From Lingula anatina (taxonomy: Eukaryota > Animalia > Brachiopoda), in the NCBI GenBank assembly GCA_051362555.1, contig CM120648.1, positions 15,806,587 through 15,870,586 on the forward strand: a stretch of DNA of 64,000 nt, written 5' to 3'. The notes beneath the pieces are model-generated. The model was given only the letters and a program-made list of their open reading frames with translations. It was not told where the DNA came from and searched no databases. Within the stretch, counting starts at the first letter, position 1. Each line of letters opens with the position of its first letter. Positions 14,096-26,629 of the stretch are shown piece after piece. Both the position numbers and the translations under genes were made by a program.

Positions 14096-15694
14096 TCAAA
14101 CTTTTTTCTTCAGTCTGTTATAAGTATCAAATGAAAGAAAAGACAGTAAAGCTCCCGTGGCAAAACCAAATGTGATGTATGTTTTGGCCTCCATGCAGAC
14201 TGAATTGGAATACCCGTACAATGAGGTGAAGACTATATAGATGGCGCAACGGGCGGTGGCAAAGACTGGCCACTTTTCATCGGGGAAATAGTGTCCAGCG
14301 TAGGCTGAAAGGTAAACAAATTGATTACAAAGGTAAACAAACAAATATTTATCAGAAAAAAAACACCTAATACAAAGACGAATGAAAAGCATAACACTGC
14401 ATGGCACTACATAAACATATGAGTGAGATAATTTAACAATTAATCGAAAAACGTCCCTCTTCCTTACAGTATTTAGAGGTACTCTCTTGTTTCAACCTCC
14501 TCCCCCACACACAAACACGCAAACAAAGACAGAATAAAAACAAAAAAGTATCGCAAGCGAAGCAAAACAAAGGTACGTTCCATCTTCACACATAATATTA
14601 TAGTAAATGCATCCTCATATACTTTTTCGCAGTGTTACTTCCGGTTCCCCGTAACGAAACCCTGCCCCCCCTTCCGTCGTTATTTCGCCACCCGACGTAC
14701 CCGAAGACTGAGATATCCACACCGAGTCCGCCACTCCACAAACAAACGGCACCAGAAAGAAATACTCAATGCTTCCTATGGACGGATCGAACACCAACAT
14801 ACTGGTATAGCAGCCGAAATTACAACAGGCGGCAAACACAAACAGTACTGGCCAGCCGACGTATTTCACCAGACGTCCGGTGACGATGGACCCAATGTTG
14901 GAACCGACGGCAAACGCGATCATTGTCCAGCCGTTATATTCTATGCCAAGCTCGCAGCTCACAAATGCCTAGAAAAAAATTATGTACTTGACTTCATGGA
15001 ACCTGAAGCATTATCGTTATTATTCAATGATATGTCTAGAAGTATGGGTTATTGCCTTTCCCAACCACAGCAGTCATACAAATTAATAATGAGCATCATT
15101 ACTGCTGTTTGATCCAATAATTATAATAATAATAATATTAATAATAATAATATTAATAATCTTAAACCTGGGAATGCGAGGCCTGAAAATCGCCAATCAG
15201 AGAAAAGACCTCGTCAGTCAGGCAAAAACAATATTGGATCTTTATGTCAGCGATGTTGCTACCGATACTTTTCATGTTATATTGGAGGACTATGACATTC
15301 AGGTATATCAAAACAATTATTGATTTTTGTTCTGCATCAATATGTACTAGTGTCAACACGAATCGTCCACGGTAGGCAACAAACAAGAGCGTGCTCGTAA
15401 TTATATCCAGGCGAAGCCGAGATATAAAATGCACTTGTATATGTCGTATGTATTTGGCGATTCGTGGAACTTCGAACAATTGCACTTGTATTTTGCACTG
15501 AAGCGCATTACAGTAATGACGAGTTTGTAAGGTAAATTGATTATAATAATAATGATAATAATAATAATAATAATAACAATTGTAATTTTCTTGTAATTTT
15601 TCGAAGTGCCAGTCGTGGGATAAATTGTTTTGCGTACCTAAAAATGTGATGATACATGTAAGGGCTACCGGCCGATATCACCTTTTTGGGGTCT

Positions 15695-15767
<73 letters not shown>

Positions 15768-17122
15768 TGTATGTCGACCGAAAGCAAAACTCAATAATCG
15801 TTAAGTATTTTCCTGTTTACCTTGGTGAACTCCGCTATGATGAAGACCTCTCCGGCCGAATACATCATAAACGGCAATACCAAGAGAACAAACTTCTTCC
15901 TCAACAGAAGATTCCCCGTGGCGGACCAGAACGCTCGTGCCCCACTTACTGCCTCCACGGATTCTGGTTTGATCTTTTTAACGAAAAATAGAGTCAGTAC
16001 GAAAGCGCTCCCGACAAGACAGAGAAAACCGCCCAGGGTGATATAAATCTCGTTTTGGTCCGGCTGACGTATAAAGGTCCCGGATGTATCCTCCCAAGGA
16101 CAGAACTTCGGCCCGCAAAGTTCACTCAAGTTGCTCTTCTCCGTCGCATTCACGGACGCCGGTTTCACGAGGACCAGCGATGAAATTAAGTTGCTCCAAA
16201 TGCTGCACGTGAGGTAGATGGTGAAGAAGATGCCGTTAAAGAGTCCCATCACGTGGTCTTGGGACTGTCCCGTGGCGTGGACATACTGTAGAGCCAAGGC
16301 GGTGATGAAGACGCCTGCCGTGGTCAGTCCCTGGCCATGCCCTGAATATATACAATACAGAGTGTGTTAATGTTAGCACCACTTCATGTGTTCCCATCAT
16401 GGGAGATCAAAGGTTAAGTTAAAAATTAATAATAATCCAGAATATTTTATTTTGTATCAGAAAAAGCGAACTTAGTCAACGGTTAACGTTGATGCATGTA
16501 CATGTATTTAATATAGTGTAAATAGTAAAGAGAAATAGAATTATGAGCACCATTGAACTTTGATATCTAACTTTAATATTCGATTCTTTCTTCGTCTGTC
16601 CATAAGGAAATGCATTAGGGAATACCGGCGATTATCAGTATAGTTGAGTTGAAATTAGAAATCTGAGTTGAAGATTAAGAACCCGCCAGGAAATTCCCAT
16701 TTTACCAGCGCATACTTACCTATTCCAGCAAAGAACGACACCGGCAACAAAATATAGGGCTCCACGTAAAAATGTGCGCAAATGAACACAGTTTCACACA
16801 CCCAGGCGCACAGCACGCACCCTTTGGCGCCTAACTTCCGCGTCAAGATGGGAGACACCAGCACAGAGTTGACTAGAGCGCCCCCAAACAGACACATCAT
16901 GGCGTACAGGCCGATCTCAGGCTGGATGACTCCCTCTAGGTTCATGAGCGCCGTGTGGGGTGCGTAGCCTAACATGTAAGCCACCGAGAGGATCACCAGT
17001 TGGATTACAGGCCCCCAACGCGTCTCCTTCTCCCGGCTCTTCTGGCCCACTAAAAGTTCAGAGTTCTCGGGGCTCTCTTCGTCATAGTCCGAGAAACTAT
17101 TCCCTGAGTGGATGAGTGCCAT
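14096..17122 (-). CDS. UNC93A-like: UNC93-family MFS membrane protein, copy 1 (~466 aa, intact)
   Basis: Exons 17122-16720, 16341-15821, 14968-14701 and 14304-14096 with GT-AG boundaries and consistent phases (1,0,1); 1401 nt total. UNC93 motifs: FNGIFF...IWSNLISSLVL, LCGPKFCP, EFTK-AFVSCELG, GRLVKYVG, GVADSVW. About 12 hydrophobic segments. Confidence 0.9.
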
Positions 17123-18267
17123 TGTCGACCCTCTCGGCCCGGTTTAGGAAAAAGTGATATCTGTTTAACCAGTGACTGTATATTTTGCTTCACAAACTGG
17201 TAAATAGGCAGGATTCCTTGGCAGAAAAGGTAGTACATTTGACAGTCTTCCTACTACATGTACATAGTTAACTTTGTGACCTAGTTAGCTTGAGAAACAT
17301 AGGTCAATATCTGATACATAAACGGGGGTTCTTCTAACTTGAACTGTATGCGTATTACATACACAGTTAACCCAGTTTTGGCTGATAGAAATAAGATAAA
17401 AGTGTCCCAGATATTACACTGTCAAGTCTGGGAGAAATGTCCATCACAAAAGGTCGAACTTCCAAATAAAAATAATAATAATAATAATAATAATAATGCT
17501 CTACTTTTGCATTTCTTGGGAAAGCTATAACAGCTTAGTTACCAGTATGTATACCCCCCCCCCACACCCACACACACCACAAAAAGTGTCACCCCTAACA
17601 CAGTGCGTAAACTGATACAGAAAATCACTAACTACTTTTCTTTATTGAAATTCTAAAATGAATCTTTTCACAAACATTTCCTGATCGTACTACCATACGC
17701 TAACCATACGAATGTAAATCAATGCTACATTTTAGTACTTTGTACAGTATCCTCTGGATTGTAGGACGCACCTGTCGTGCCTGCGTGTGGCGTCAAACAG
17801 TTCTGTAACGTTTGCACGGTGATGGCGTTCCACATGCGGTGCAAAGATAGTATGAGATCATTTTTTCTTGCAGAGTTAACCTTCAGTTATCCATTTCTAA
17901 TGATATCCTTCACATTCTTAATTAAGTTTAAATCTAGGAAATGAGCTGGCCAATGGGTGGTGGTGGTGGTGGGGGGGGGGGGGCATGTGATCTGATTCGC
18001 ACATAACCAGCCTACATTTGCATTGGCTGTACGTAGAGTAGCATTACCATGATGAAACATAAATGGGTGGTCATGGCCCCCAAAGATATTCTCGACAAAA
18101 TTCCTTTAGTTTACTTTCCATAACTTGGATGCAAAGGTCTGCGTTAAGGTTTCCGTTGACCACTGCCAGCTCGCCTACGCCATAGTAGCCTATACACCGC
18201 CATTTCTTACGCGGAGGCGGTGGGGGGGGGGGGAGTCCAGTCGACCAGAGGCAGAAAATTGGGGTTA

Positions 18268-18420
18268 TACTTCTTACCAGCTGTTCTCCAAACCCTTATG
18301 CGTCCATAAATTCTCACAACACTGCGCTCAAGCTTGCTTGCTTTTGAGAATAATATAAATGCCCAGTTTTTGGGTGGTGTCCATGCATAAGGGTTTGGAA
18401 AACAGGTGGTAAGACGTATC
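18268..18420. mobile_element. Small palindromic element (MITE-like)
   Basis: TCTTACCAGCTGTTCTCCAAACCCTTATGC ... GCATAAGGGTTTGGAAAACAGGTGGTAAGA form ~30-bp inverted repeats. Confidence 0.5.
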
Positions 18421-18866
18421 GAGGGGTCAAAAATCCCTCTTATGGCAACCTCTTGGTAAATAATGTATTCCTCTCACTTAGGGGCTGTATATTTAAGGAT
18501 AATTGGCTTTGGAATATTTCAATAGTTACGCTAGGTAAGCCAGTTTTCTACTACTCACAACCGCAATTTACACGTTGATCGGTTGCCTAGTTGTTATGTA
18601 AAATCAATACTATGGGTATCCTTGTAGCAATGTGCATAACTGCGGTAGGGCTGACACTGGCAGGGGAGTATATAACTAAAACTACAACGCTCATCATAAA
18701 GACTTTATATAATCCACATAATGTAATTTTGTAATGAAAACACGGTGTATTTGATTCATTACGTGCAATACAACAGATTATTTTATGTGACTATGACATA
18801 AGCGGCATGGTTGTTGGCTGCCCCACACCGTGACTTCCAATTGGCGCTCCCTCCTTCCGTCTTTCT

Positions 18867-18869
<3 letters not shown>

Positions 18870-18923
<54 letters not shown>

Positions 18924-18947
18924 GCACACACACTGACCTGCACACAC

Positions 18948-18978
<31 letters not shown>

Positions 18979-18990
18979 TGCACACACACC
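18870..18990. repeat. Compound (CT)n/(CA)n microsatellite
   Basis: Seen directly. Confidence 0.95.
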
Positions 18991-20246
18991 CAAAACCCCT
19001 TCCTCTCCACTCTCTCTAACGGAATTCAAGAATAATTTGCAATCGGAATAATTCAGATTGCTATTTATTCGCGTACAAGTTACATTGTACTTAGTGGTTC
19101 TGGAGTAAAGTAATTACAGAAGCAACTCATCAAAGAAGGACTTTATATATAGATGGTAATTGCCTACAAATAATTGCTCTGCATTTTGCCGTGTTAATTG
19201 GGTAAGATGAGAAAGAGATTGAATCTGATCCATTGCATCGCTGACATTCTGGCGTCACTTTCGGTTAGGTCAGGTTGATCTTCCATTGTAATTAGAATAA
19301 CACAGAGGTTTCTTCTGAGTGTGTGATTCTCCGGTACGTACGTCATGAAACCATACGATCCAGACCCATCGCGTGTACCTGCTGCGAGCAGTGAAAGGAG
19401 GTCGTTTCTTCTCACGGTCTCTAACCGTGGAGTGGCATGGCGTTGCTGTCTATGAATAGAATATAAAGAACATATATAGGGCAGCAACAGCGATTGGTTT
19501 CTAAGAAAGAAGACAATTCACAATTGTTGTCCAGGAACTAGGTTTCTAATATTGCCACACGGGTTCGCGAATGCCCTGACACGTTATCGGCGCGTTGTTA
19601 TTCATATTTGATGTCATAAGATTTTTTGAAGCACTTTACGCGATCAGTTGTTAGTCTATTCAAAAAGGAATTTCAACACAGGAAGGAAAAACAGATCGAT
19701 TGGATGGTTGTTTCCTTTGCCGGCGTCGTAGACAACAGAGAACGAGAAAACAGACGAGACTGATTTTGTTTCATAATACACAGCTGCTATCTAGGAAGGA
19801 GAATCGATATTTTAAGACGTTCAGATCATGACTGCTTAAACAACGCATGAGTGAGATATCATTGTGATTGAACCGGAAACAATATAGAAGGAATAATCTC
19901 TCATGGAAGCCCTTTTTTTCTGCAGTACTCACGCTATGGCGTTAATAAGGACCTTAACGGTTTACTTTGACATGGAAATCGTTATTTGACGATCAAATTG
20001 AAGTTTGCTTCGCAATACACTTAAACAGCGGCTTTAAAAAATCACAGACCGTTTGAAAAATCATTTTATTCCATGTTGGACAAAAATACGCAAAGAAGAA
20101 GACACATAAAAATACACGGTTCTGCTTAAAGAGTTACCAAGCATCATCCCTAAAAGCGCATGTGTATATTAGAAAACAAAACGTTCCTGGAAAGGATCTA
20201 TTCACAGCAAATGCAACAACATTAAAAGGCTATTGGAAGAGGTGCC

Positions 20247-22468
20247 ATGCCTCCACTAAGACTTGTCTTGCAAGTTATTTTCTTATTTTCAATTTTAGCT
20301 CACATCCAAGAAGCATCTAACAAAACTACTGAAAACACCCTTAACTTCGAAAGTAGCAGCCACTTACAACGTTGCCCTTTTCAAAGACATTCCAACGAAT
20401 CAACCTTATATATAAATGACTTGGGTGTGAAATATTCACCTTTTGCGAGAGGGTGCGATCCATGCAAGTATAGCGGTGATGACGTCCCACAGACGTCGGT
20501 TTGTCGTCAAGGAAACCTGACGGTTTGTCACGTGCCGGATACTGATCTTTGCGTGATGTGTAGCGGACCGGACGTTTGCTGGCTGTGTTCTGGGATCGCG
20601 AGTTGTCATGCCAACACAGTGTGTACTACCTGCAATAAAGGTATGCTTAGAATGTTGTATAACTTCAAAAACAATTAAGAGGCAGCGAAGGATCCCTGTT
20701 TTTTTTTTTTTTTTCTTTCTTTTTTTTTTTTTTACTAATGTACATTAATCGGTTGTAAAGTAATGTAGTCCTGAAATAGGTTAATTCCAAGGATTCGATG
20801 CAATAATCCCCAGAACCCCTTCAACAAAATTACTCTTAAACGTCCTTTATACTAGCTTTTTGACAAACATCTTGGTGTATCTGAAATTAAAGTCAATATG
20901 AAGTGGACATATAGAATAGCTATAACTCTTGAATATAAAATAAACGCAATATTTCATTCAATTGTTTTCATCAATCGTCCTTTAAGTACACGCTGAACCT
21001 TAAATTTTACATTTTTTTGGACTTATATTTTTCATTGGGTAGGTTCTGCAGGAGGCTGCGGTGAAATAGGGTGGATAATGACTAGGGTTCTTAAAATTCA
21101 TGATTTGGTTGAAGGAGATTTATATAGATAGATGGAAAAACAGACTTTTTATTTGCTCAAATTATCATTTCTAAGGATAAAAAAAATGGGGAACCCGCCC
21201 CGGGCATCTGAATGCTAACGAAAAATTACAATAAACAGAAAAAGCACAGGTGGATAAAGGTTCAATAAGACTAATTTTACTAGAAATATACTGATTTTGC
21301 GGCTCATTTTGCCCTCTTCTGATTGTTTTGGCGGTCATTTTGATTTTATAATAACAGTAACATGCTATGATGTAGTCAATTGGCCTACAGTGTTTTTCTG
21401 ACAGAATATGCAGTCTCTAAAGTGTATCTGTCGACTTCTGTCAGTTTTTTCTATTTTTACTCACAAATTGGCGGCCATATTTAAAAAAAATGTCCAATGT
21501 CTCAGAAGTAGCAACCCAGGTTATTTTACTTCTCTATCCACAAGGTATGAATTTCTGTAAAAAAAGCTTACAGAAAAGAACTTTGCAGGGTGAGCGTTCT
21601 GGCGACTTCACTAGATGGGTATGATCGGCTAGGAGGCCGCAGTGAAATATAAGGTGGAAAAGGCCTTTTTTTTCTTTATTTTTCTTTCAATACATGATTT
21701 CGTTGAAATGATTGATGTTTAAACATAATAACTGAAGAAACTCTGACTTTGATTTGTTCAAATTATTATTTTTAAGGGTCAAAAAGTGGAGACCCAGCCG
21801 GGAACACCTGGCTACAGAAAGTGGTTCCCATTTGCCTCTTCCTTGCCAGTATCTTTGTCTCCTTGGTGACCGTGGTTGTGGCTCTGTACCGGCGACAAAA
21901 GAGGGCGCTGCAGCTCAGGACGCACCAGTCGCTGATCGGTGCCTTGGAGGTGAACTCGGAATGTCGTTGCCTCGGTGCCCAGATCAACCAAACCGAAGTC
22001 TCGTTGTGTCAGTGCGAATCCTCGGGATTCAAGGTCATTTTTAGGACAAGGGTGGTGGATCAAGGGAACGGTGACAGTAACAAAGCGGGCGTTTGTGAAC
22101 TTCGAGACGAAGGAGTTTTATCGGAGCGTGGTTGTGTTGATGAAAGCTGTGCTAATCACCCGAGCAACATCCAGACCGCTGAAGGTATTGGATCGTCTTG
22201 TGTAGAGACACCTGCCGGGGAAATGATAACACAGGGGGTTGAGACCGCGTTTTGTGACGAATGTCATAAAATCGCAAGACAGTCTGTCATGAACTCTCAG
22301 CAGGAGAGAGCAAACCACGGCAATGTCGCTTTTAGCGTCTCAATTGACAGTGTGATCTCTAGAAATGACAATGTTTCCTTTTCAACCCAAAGTTCAACGG
22401 AGGTGAATTCTGAGCCAACAGACAGCCGTTTGTTCGATCGGGTGTTGTTTTCATCTGGCTTGCGTTAA
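20247..22468 (+). CDS. Uncharacterised single-pass type I membrane protein with a Cys-rich ectodomain (~361 aa)
   Basis: Exon 1, 20247-20640, encodes a signal peptide (MPPLRLVLQVIFLFSILA), 12 Cys and several NxS/T sequons and ends at the donor AG|GTATGC. Exon 2, 21777-22468 (acceptor TTTTTAAG), joins in phase 1 and encodes a TM helix VVPICLFLASIFVSLVTVVVALY, a basic stop-transfer RRQKR and a ~190-aa tail. Confidence 0.75.
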
Positions 22469-22637
22469 CGGAGAGAGGGGGGAGGTAGTTGACCGGTGGA
22501 CGGGGTGGGGATGGGGTTGACCAGTTTGACAATTTTTTAATATTATTATTATCACAATTAAAATTGTGTTTGATTACGGCGAGGAAGTTTCCTCTTACAC
22601 GTGAAATATCACATACAGATTTTCAAGTGTGTATATA

Positions 22638-24020
22638 CACACACTGGACAAAAGAAGTGTCACCCCCTAACTCAGAGTAATAAAAGTAGGCAGATCTTGG
22701 GTACTTATAATGCCTGGTCTACTTATAATGTGACTAATGAGTATAAAACCGCTATACCATGGAATTGTATTGTTGGTCTTGTACATGTACAGCAAATTTT
22801 ATTCCTGTCTTCCTCCAATATGGCAAGATACAGACAGTATCTAACGGTTATAGGTGCAAGCTATTAACCTGAAGAGGCGGAATATAAGCAATGTCAGAAT
22901 ATCGATACAATTGAATTGTTCAGTCAGAACCGTGCAGGGGGTCTGGTCTCGGTATAGAAACACTGGATCAAGAGACAAATTGCCTCTGATGGGTCGTCCA
23001 AGTAAAAATACTGGCCGTAAAGACCGACGACTGATTTTGATGTCCAGGTTGTCAAAGTTCGACACTGCTTGTCAGTTGACAACACAGTGGAACAATTTCA
23101 CACATAAGAATGTGTCTGTGAAAATTGCTAGGCGTCGGTTACATGCTCAGAGAGTGTACAGCAGGGTAGCAAGACTGAAACCTCTTATATCGTTACAAAA
23201 CAGGCAACGTAGAGTAAACTAGGGTCAACAGGATCTGGAACTGGACAGTTCATGACAATTGGTCCTATATATTTTTTCTGATTAGTGTCGCTTTGGTCTG
23301 ACCTCTGATGACAGAGGTACTATGCTGGCAAACTGCTGGTAAAGCATTTGCACCACATGCACTGAATTTTCGAACCCGGAGCAGCATATTCATCATGGTG
23401 TGGGGCTGCATCAACATCCATGGCTTGGGCGAATTGATAGTGGTTAATGGAAACATGAATCGCTAGAAATATATCGATGTTTTAGAGTCAGGCTTGCTAC
23501 CATCTATTACTAACATGTTTGGTGACAGGAATTATCCATTTGTCCACCAGGATGACAATGCATCTTGTCACAGGCCCAGAGCAGTTGATGATTGGTTTGA
23601 CCAACAGGACATTCGCAGGGTGATGTGGCCTGCCCAGAGTCCGGATGCAAACATAATAGAAAATGTGTGGAATGATATGTCAAAACTTTTTACAAATGCC
23701 CGTCTAACCAGCAGAGAAACTCTGTTATATTCAGTGTTTCATGCTTGGGCCAGCATAAGCCCTGAACGCATCAGACAATTATATGAATCCTTGCTTCGTA
23801 GACTGGCACCTATTACTAGGTCACGTGGCTATGCCACTGAGTACTAATTTTTGACTTGAAACTGCATATTTTGGTAGAATGTATATTTTGTTCTCATTTT
23901 GTGATTTTTTGTGAAATTTGAAGTTAATAAAATGATACTAGGAGCATATCATTCCACAGTCATTTATCTCCCCCATAGTATTGGCTCAGTAGGGGTGACA
24001 CTTCTTTTGTCCAGTGTGTG
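22638..24020 (+). mobile_element. Tc1/mariner DNA transposon (DD34E), full length, transposase decayed
   Basis: Perfect 29-bp TIRs CACACACTGGACAAAAGAAGTGTCACCCC flanked by TA on both sides. Internal frames give an HTH-like region, a GRP motif and QDDNASCH...WPAQSPDANIIENVW with 34 residues between D and E. Confidence 0.95.
22820..23847 (+). pseudogene. Tc1 transposase pseudogene
   Basis: ATG at 22820, early frameshift near 22850, TAG at 23220-23222 and further lesions before the intact C-terminal DDE segment ending at 23847. Confidence 0.88.
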
Positions 24021-25504
24021 TACATGTTATGAAAAATTGAATCGTGAAATGGTCTCTTTATATATTGTCTCAAAGAGATGTCGAGCAATGTACATAGCTT
24101 TCAGTACTTTTTTGTTAAAAAAATTAATCCAAATATTTATGACTACTGTATATTTATTTCTCAGAAAAAAAAGGGGGTGAGTGGATGGCAATACGGATAC
24201 AAAGGGTAAGGTAAGAGGTCGTTGTTTAAGGAGAAATTAATATGACTCATTTGATTGCGGTTTAATCATAACAGCACATTTCAAAATCTTAAAGCCTTAA
24301 GGCATAGTAAGGCCACACTTTTTTATTTTTATGGATGACATCCTCTGGGTACCCCAAAATCGGTGCGTGAGGGCGAAAAAAAAAACAGTCCAAAAAAAAA
24401 AGTGCTGTTTAAGTAAAGGAATGCTGTCAGTACTCAGCTGGAAACACAAATCTTACCACAGAAACACGTATCAAACTAACAATATGTCTTTATCCATGCT
24501 CTAAAATATTAAAGCATTGTGAATACTTCGTAGAAATGTAAAAAAAAAGTCATGAATAGATATACTTCATATTACCAAATCTATTTAAGGTTATTTCATG
24601 CATTCAGTTGGTATAGCAATCCATAAAACAAATATCAATCAAACAGTGTGTCTTTATTTTTATTCTCAGAATATTAAAGCATTTTGAACACTTTACAGAA
24701 ATGTTGAAAAATGATGCAAAGATATTGAAACGCGCGCCCCCCTCCGGCGCGACCGAGCCCGGAGTGGCAGCGCCGTTCGAGTTCGGGATCGGGGCGGATG
24801 TTGCGCTCCCGTGGGAAAGTATATCCCAAGCTAATGACAAGAGTGGATTTGGGTACAAACATTTTATTGAAAACAAAAAAACTAAAATAAAAAGATAATG
24901 TTACAGTGAATTAAAGTTATGCAAGCACTTCGTTAACCACTAAGTCTCTCATTTTTGGTAGCGTTGCTTTGAATAAAGCCTTAGATCATAGTTCTAGTCA
25001 CAATGTTCTAGTAATATTTCTCTGAGCTCTTTCTTTGCGAAGATTAAAGTCATTTTTTGGGTCCTCAACGTTCAGGTAGCGTCTCACCGAGCTCAATTAT
25101 TGCACAAAGGTACATTTCGATTACCATGTATATCAATCAAAGTTCAATAGTAACAACAACTGTTAAGCTAAAGTTAAAGTCTTTAAGTTTCAATCGCAAC
25201 GTCTTTAGTAGCCTCTGGACTCTGGTAGCGTCTGGTCTGGGGATGACAATTCTCGTAGCCTGGATGTTCATGGGAACGTCTGCTGACACTGCCCGTCTAG
25301 AATTTAGTTTCATGCTGACTGTCATACAGCCCTCTTTAATTGCTGAGGACATCACCATTGCGGTAAGGTCTTACTGGGCGGGTTCTGCCAGTCGTTCTCG
25401 TCTGGAACCATTACTTCCGACAAACAGTCGGTACTCTTAAAAAAAAGGAAAACTAAAAAAAAACATCAGACCCCAGGTCTGGAACCGCTCATCCGACTGG
25501 CCAA

Positions 25505-25690
25505 TTCGGGCACATCACAGGACCTTGTCCTCTTCCGACCATCTTAGCCGGGCACAACATAGGACCTTGTCCTCTTCCGACCATCTCGGCCGGGCACAAC
25601 ATAGGACCTCGTCCTCTTCCGACCATCTCGGCCGGGCACAACATAGGACCTCGTCCTCTTCCGACCATCTCGGCCGGGCACAACACGGGA
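25505..25690. repeat. 42-bp GC-rich minisatellite, ~4 copies
   Basis: GGACCT(C/T)GTCCTCTTCCGACCATCTCGGCCGGGCACAACATA repeated at ~25520, 25562, 25604 and 25646. Confidence 0.9.
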
Positions 25691-26629
25691 CCAGTGTCCC
25701 TCTTCTACACGGCATCACCTCTTAGCAACCCACGCCTCTAATTATCGGCGCCAGCTTTCAGACAGCATCTTCTCGGTTTCTTGTCTAGTTGGCATCTCTC
25801 TTGGGGCTCGAGGCACGCTAGGTTATGCAACGTGAACCTTACGATACCCCGAGCCACTACGTTGGACAGGGTGCAGCATGTCCTAGCAGACTCTACCACA
25901 GACGGCGCTCTTCATCGGGAATGCGTCGCTCGAATTGTGGCTCCTGGACTTCTCCGCCCTTATAGGGGGTCTCCATCGAGGACGTCACTTGCCTTCTAGC
26001 ATACTGGACCGCAGCAATGTTCATGTTGTCTCCACCATTGGCAGCTTCAACAGCTGTATCGACTTTCGGATGATTGGCTACTTTAAGCTCAAGTGCTTGC
26101 ATTACATTAATTATAACAAAGCTTCACACGAAATTAAACTCTACAAATTATACACTACAGGAAATCCTTAATGATCCCGCTCTCTTATCGAGAAGTTTAA
26201 AAGAATTCTCCCTGAGGAAAACCCTTGAAAATGTTATTAGGAACTTTGTAAAAACCATAGTTCCTGTCATAGTGAGTTTAGAAATTTCGAATAAGCCAAA
26301 AGGTCATGCACCGTGATGCATGAGTATTAAGATAATTTGGTAAGAATTTATTTTTATTATTAATCATAATTTAGGCTTGGTATGACAAATGACATACCAA
26401 AGCATAATGCCGAAAGATTAACTGAAAAGTAAACACGATACACCGTACCCAGACGAGACGAATCTAAGACAAGGCGAACATGGTCTAAGATTGACCAAAA
26501 TAACAACATACCGTCGTGAATGACATGAGGTTCATGGCTTATATGAGGCTTATGACTGACAGCGACCAAATGATAAAAATGCGCATGACTATGCGTGCCT
26601 GTCCTCAACAAACAAGAAAATGAAGCGAC

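Noticed and set aside
18778-19051. Poly-ER, poly-CV and poly-SL ORFs, also poly-Tyr at 5751 and poly-Ile/Asn at 50117
   Set aside because: Microsatellite translations.
21050-21715. Diverged direct repeat and possible DNA-transposon remnant in the intron of the orphan gene
   Set aside because: AGGAGG(C/T)GC.GTGAAATA motifs recur at ~21050 and ~21631, but no TIR or TSD could be defined.
25489-25725. Repetitive ORFs (MLCPAEMVGRGRGP repeats)
   Set aside because: Products of a 42-bp minisatellite that is open in several frames on both strands.
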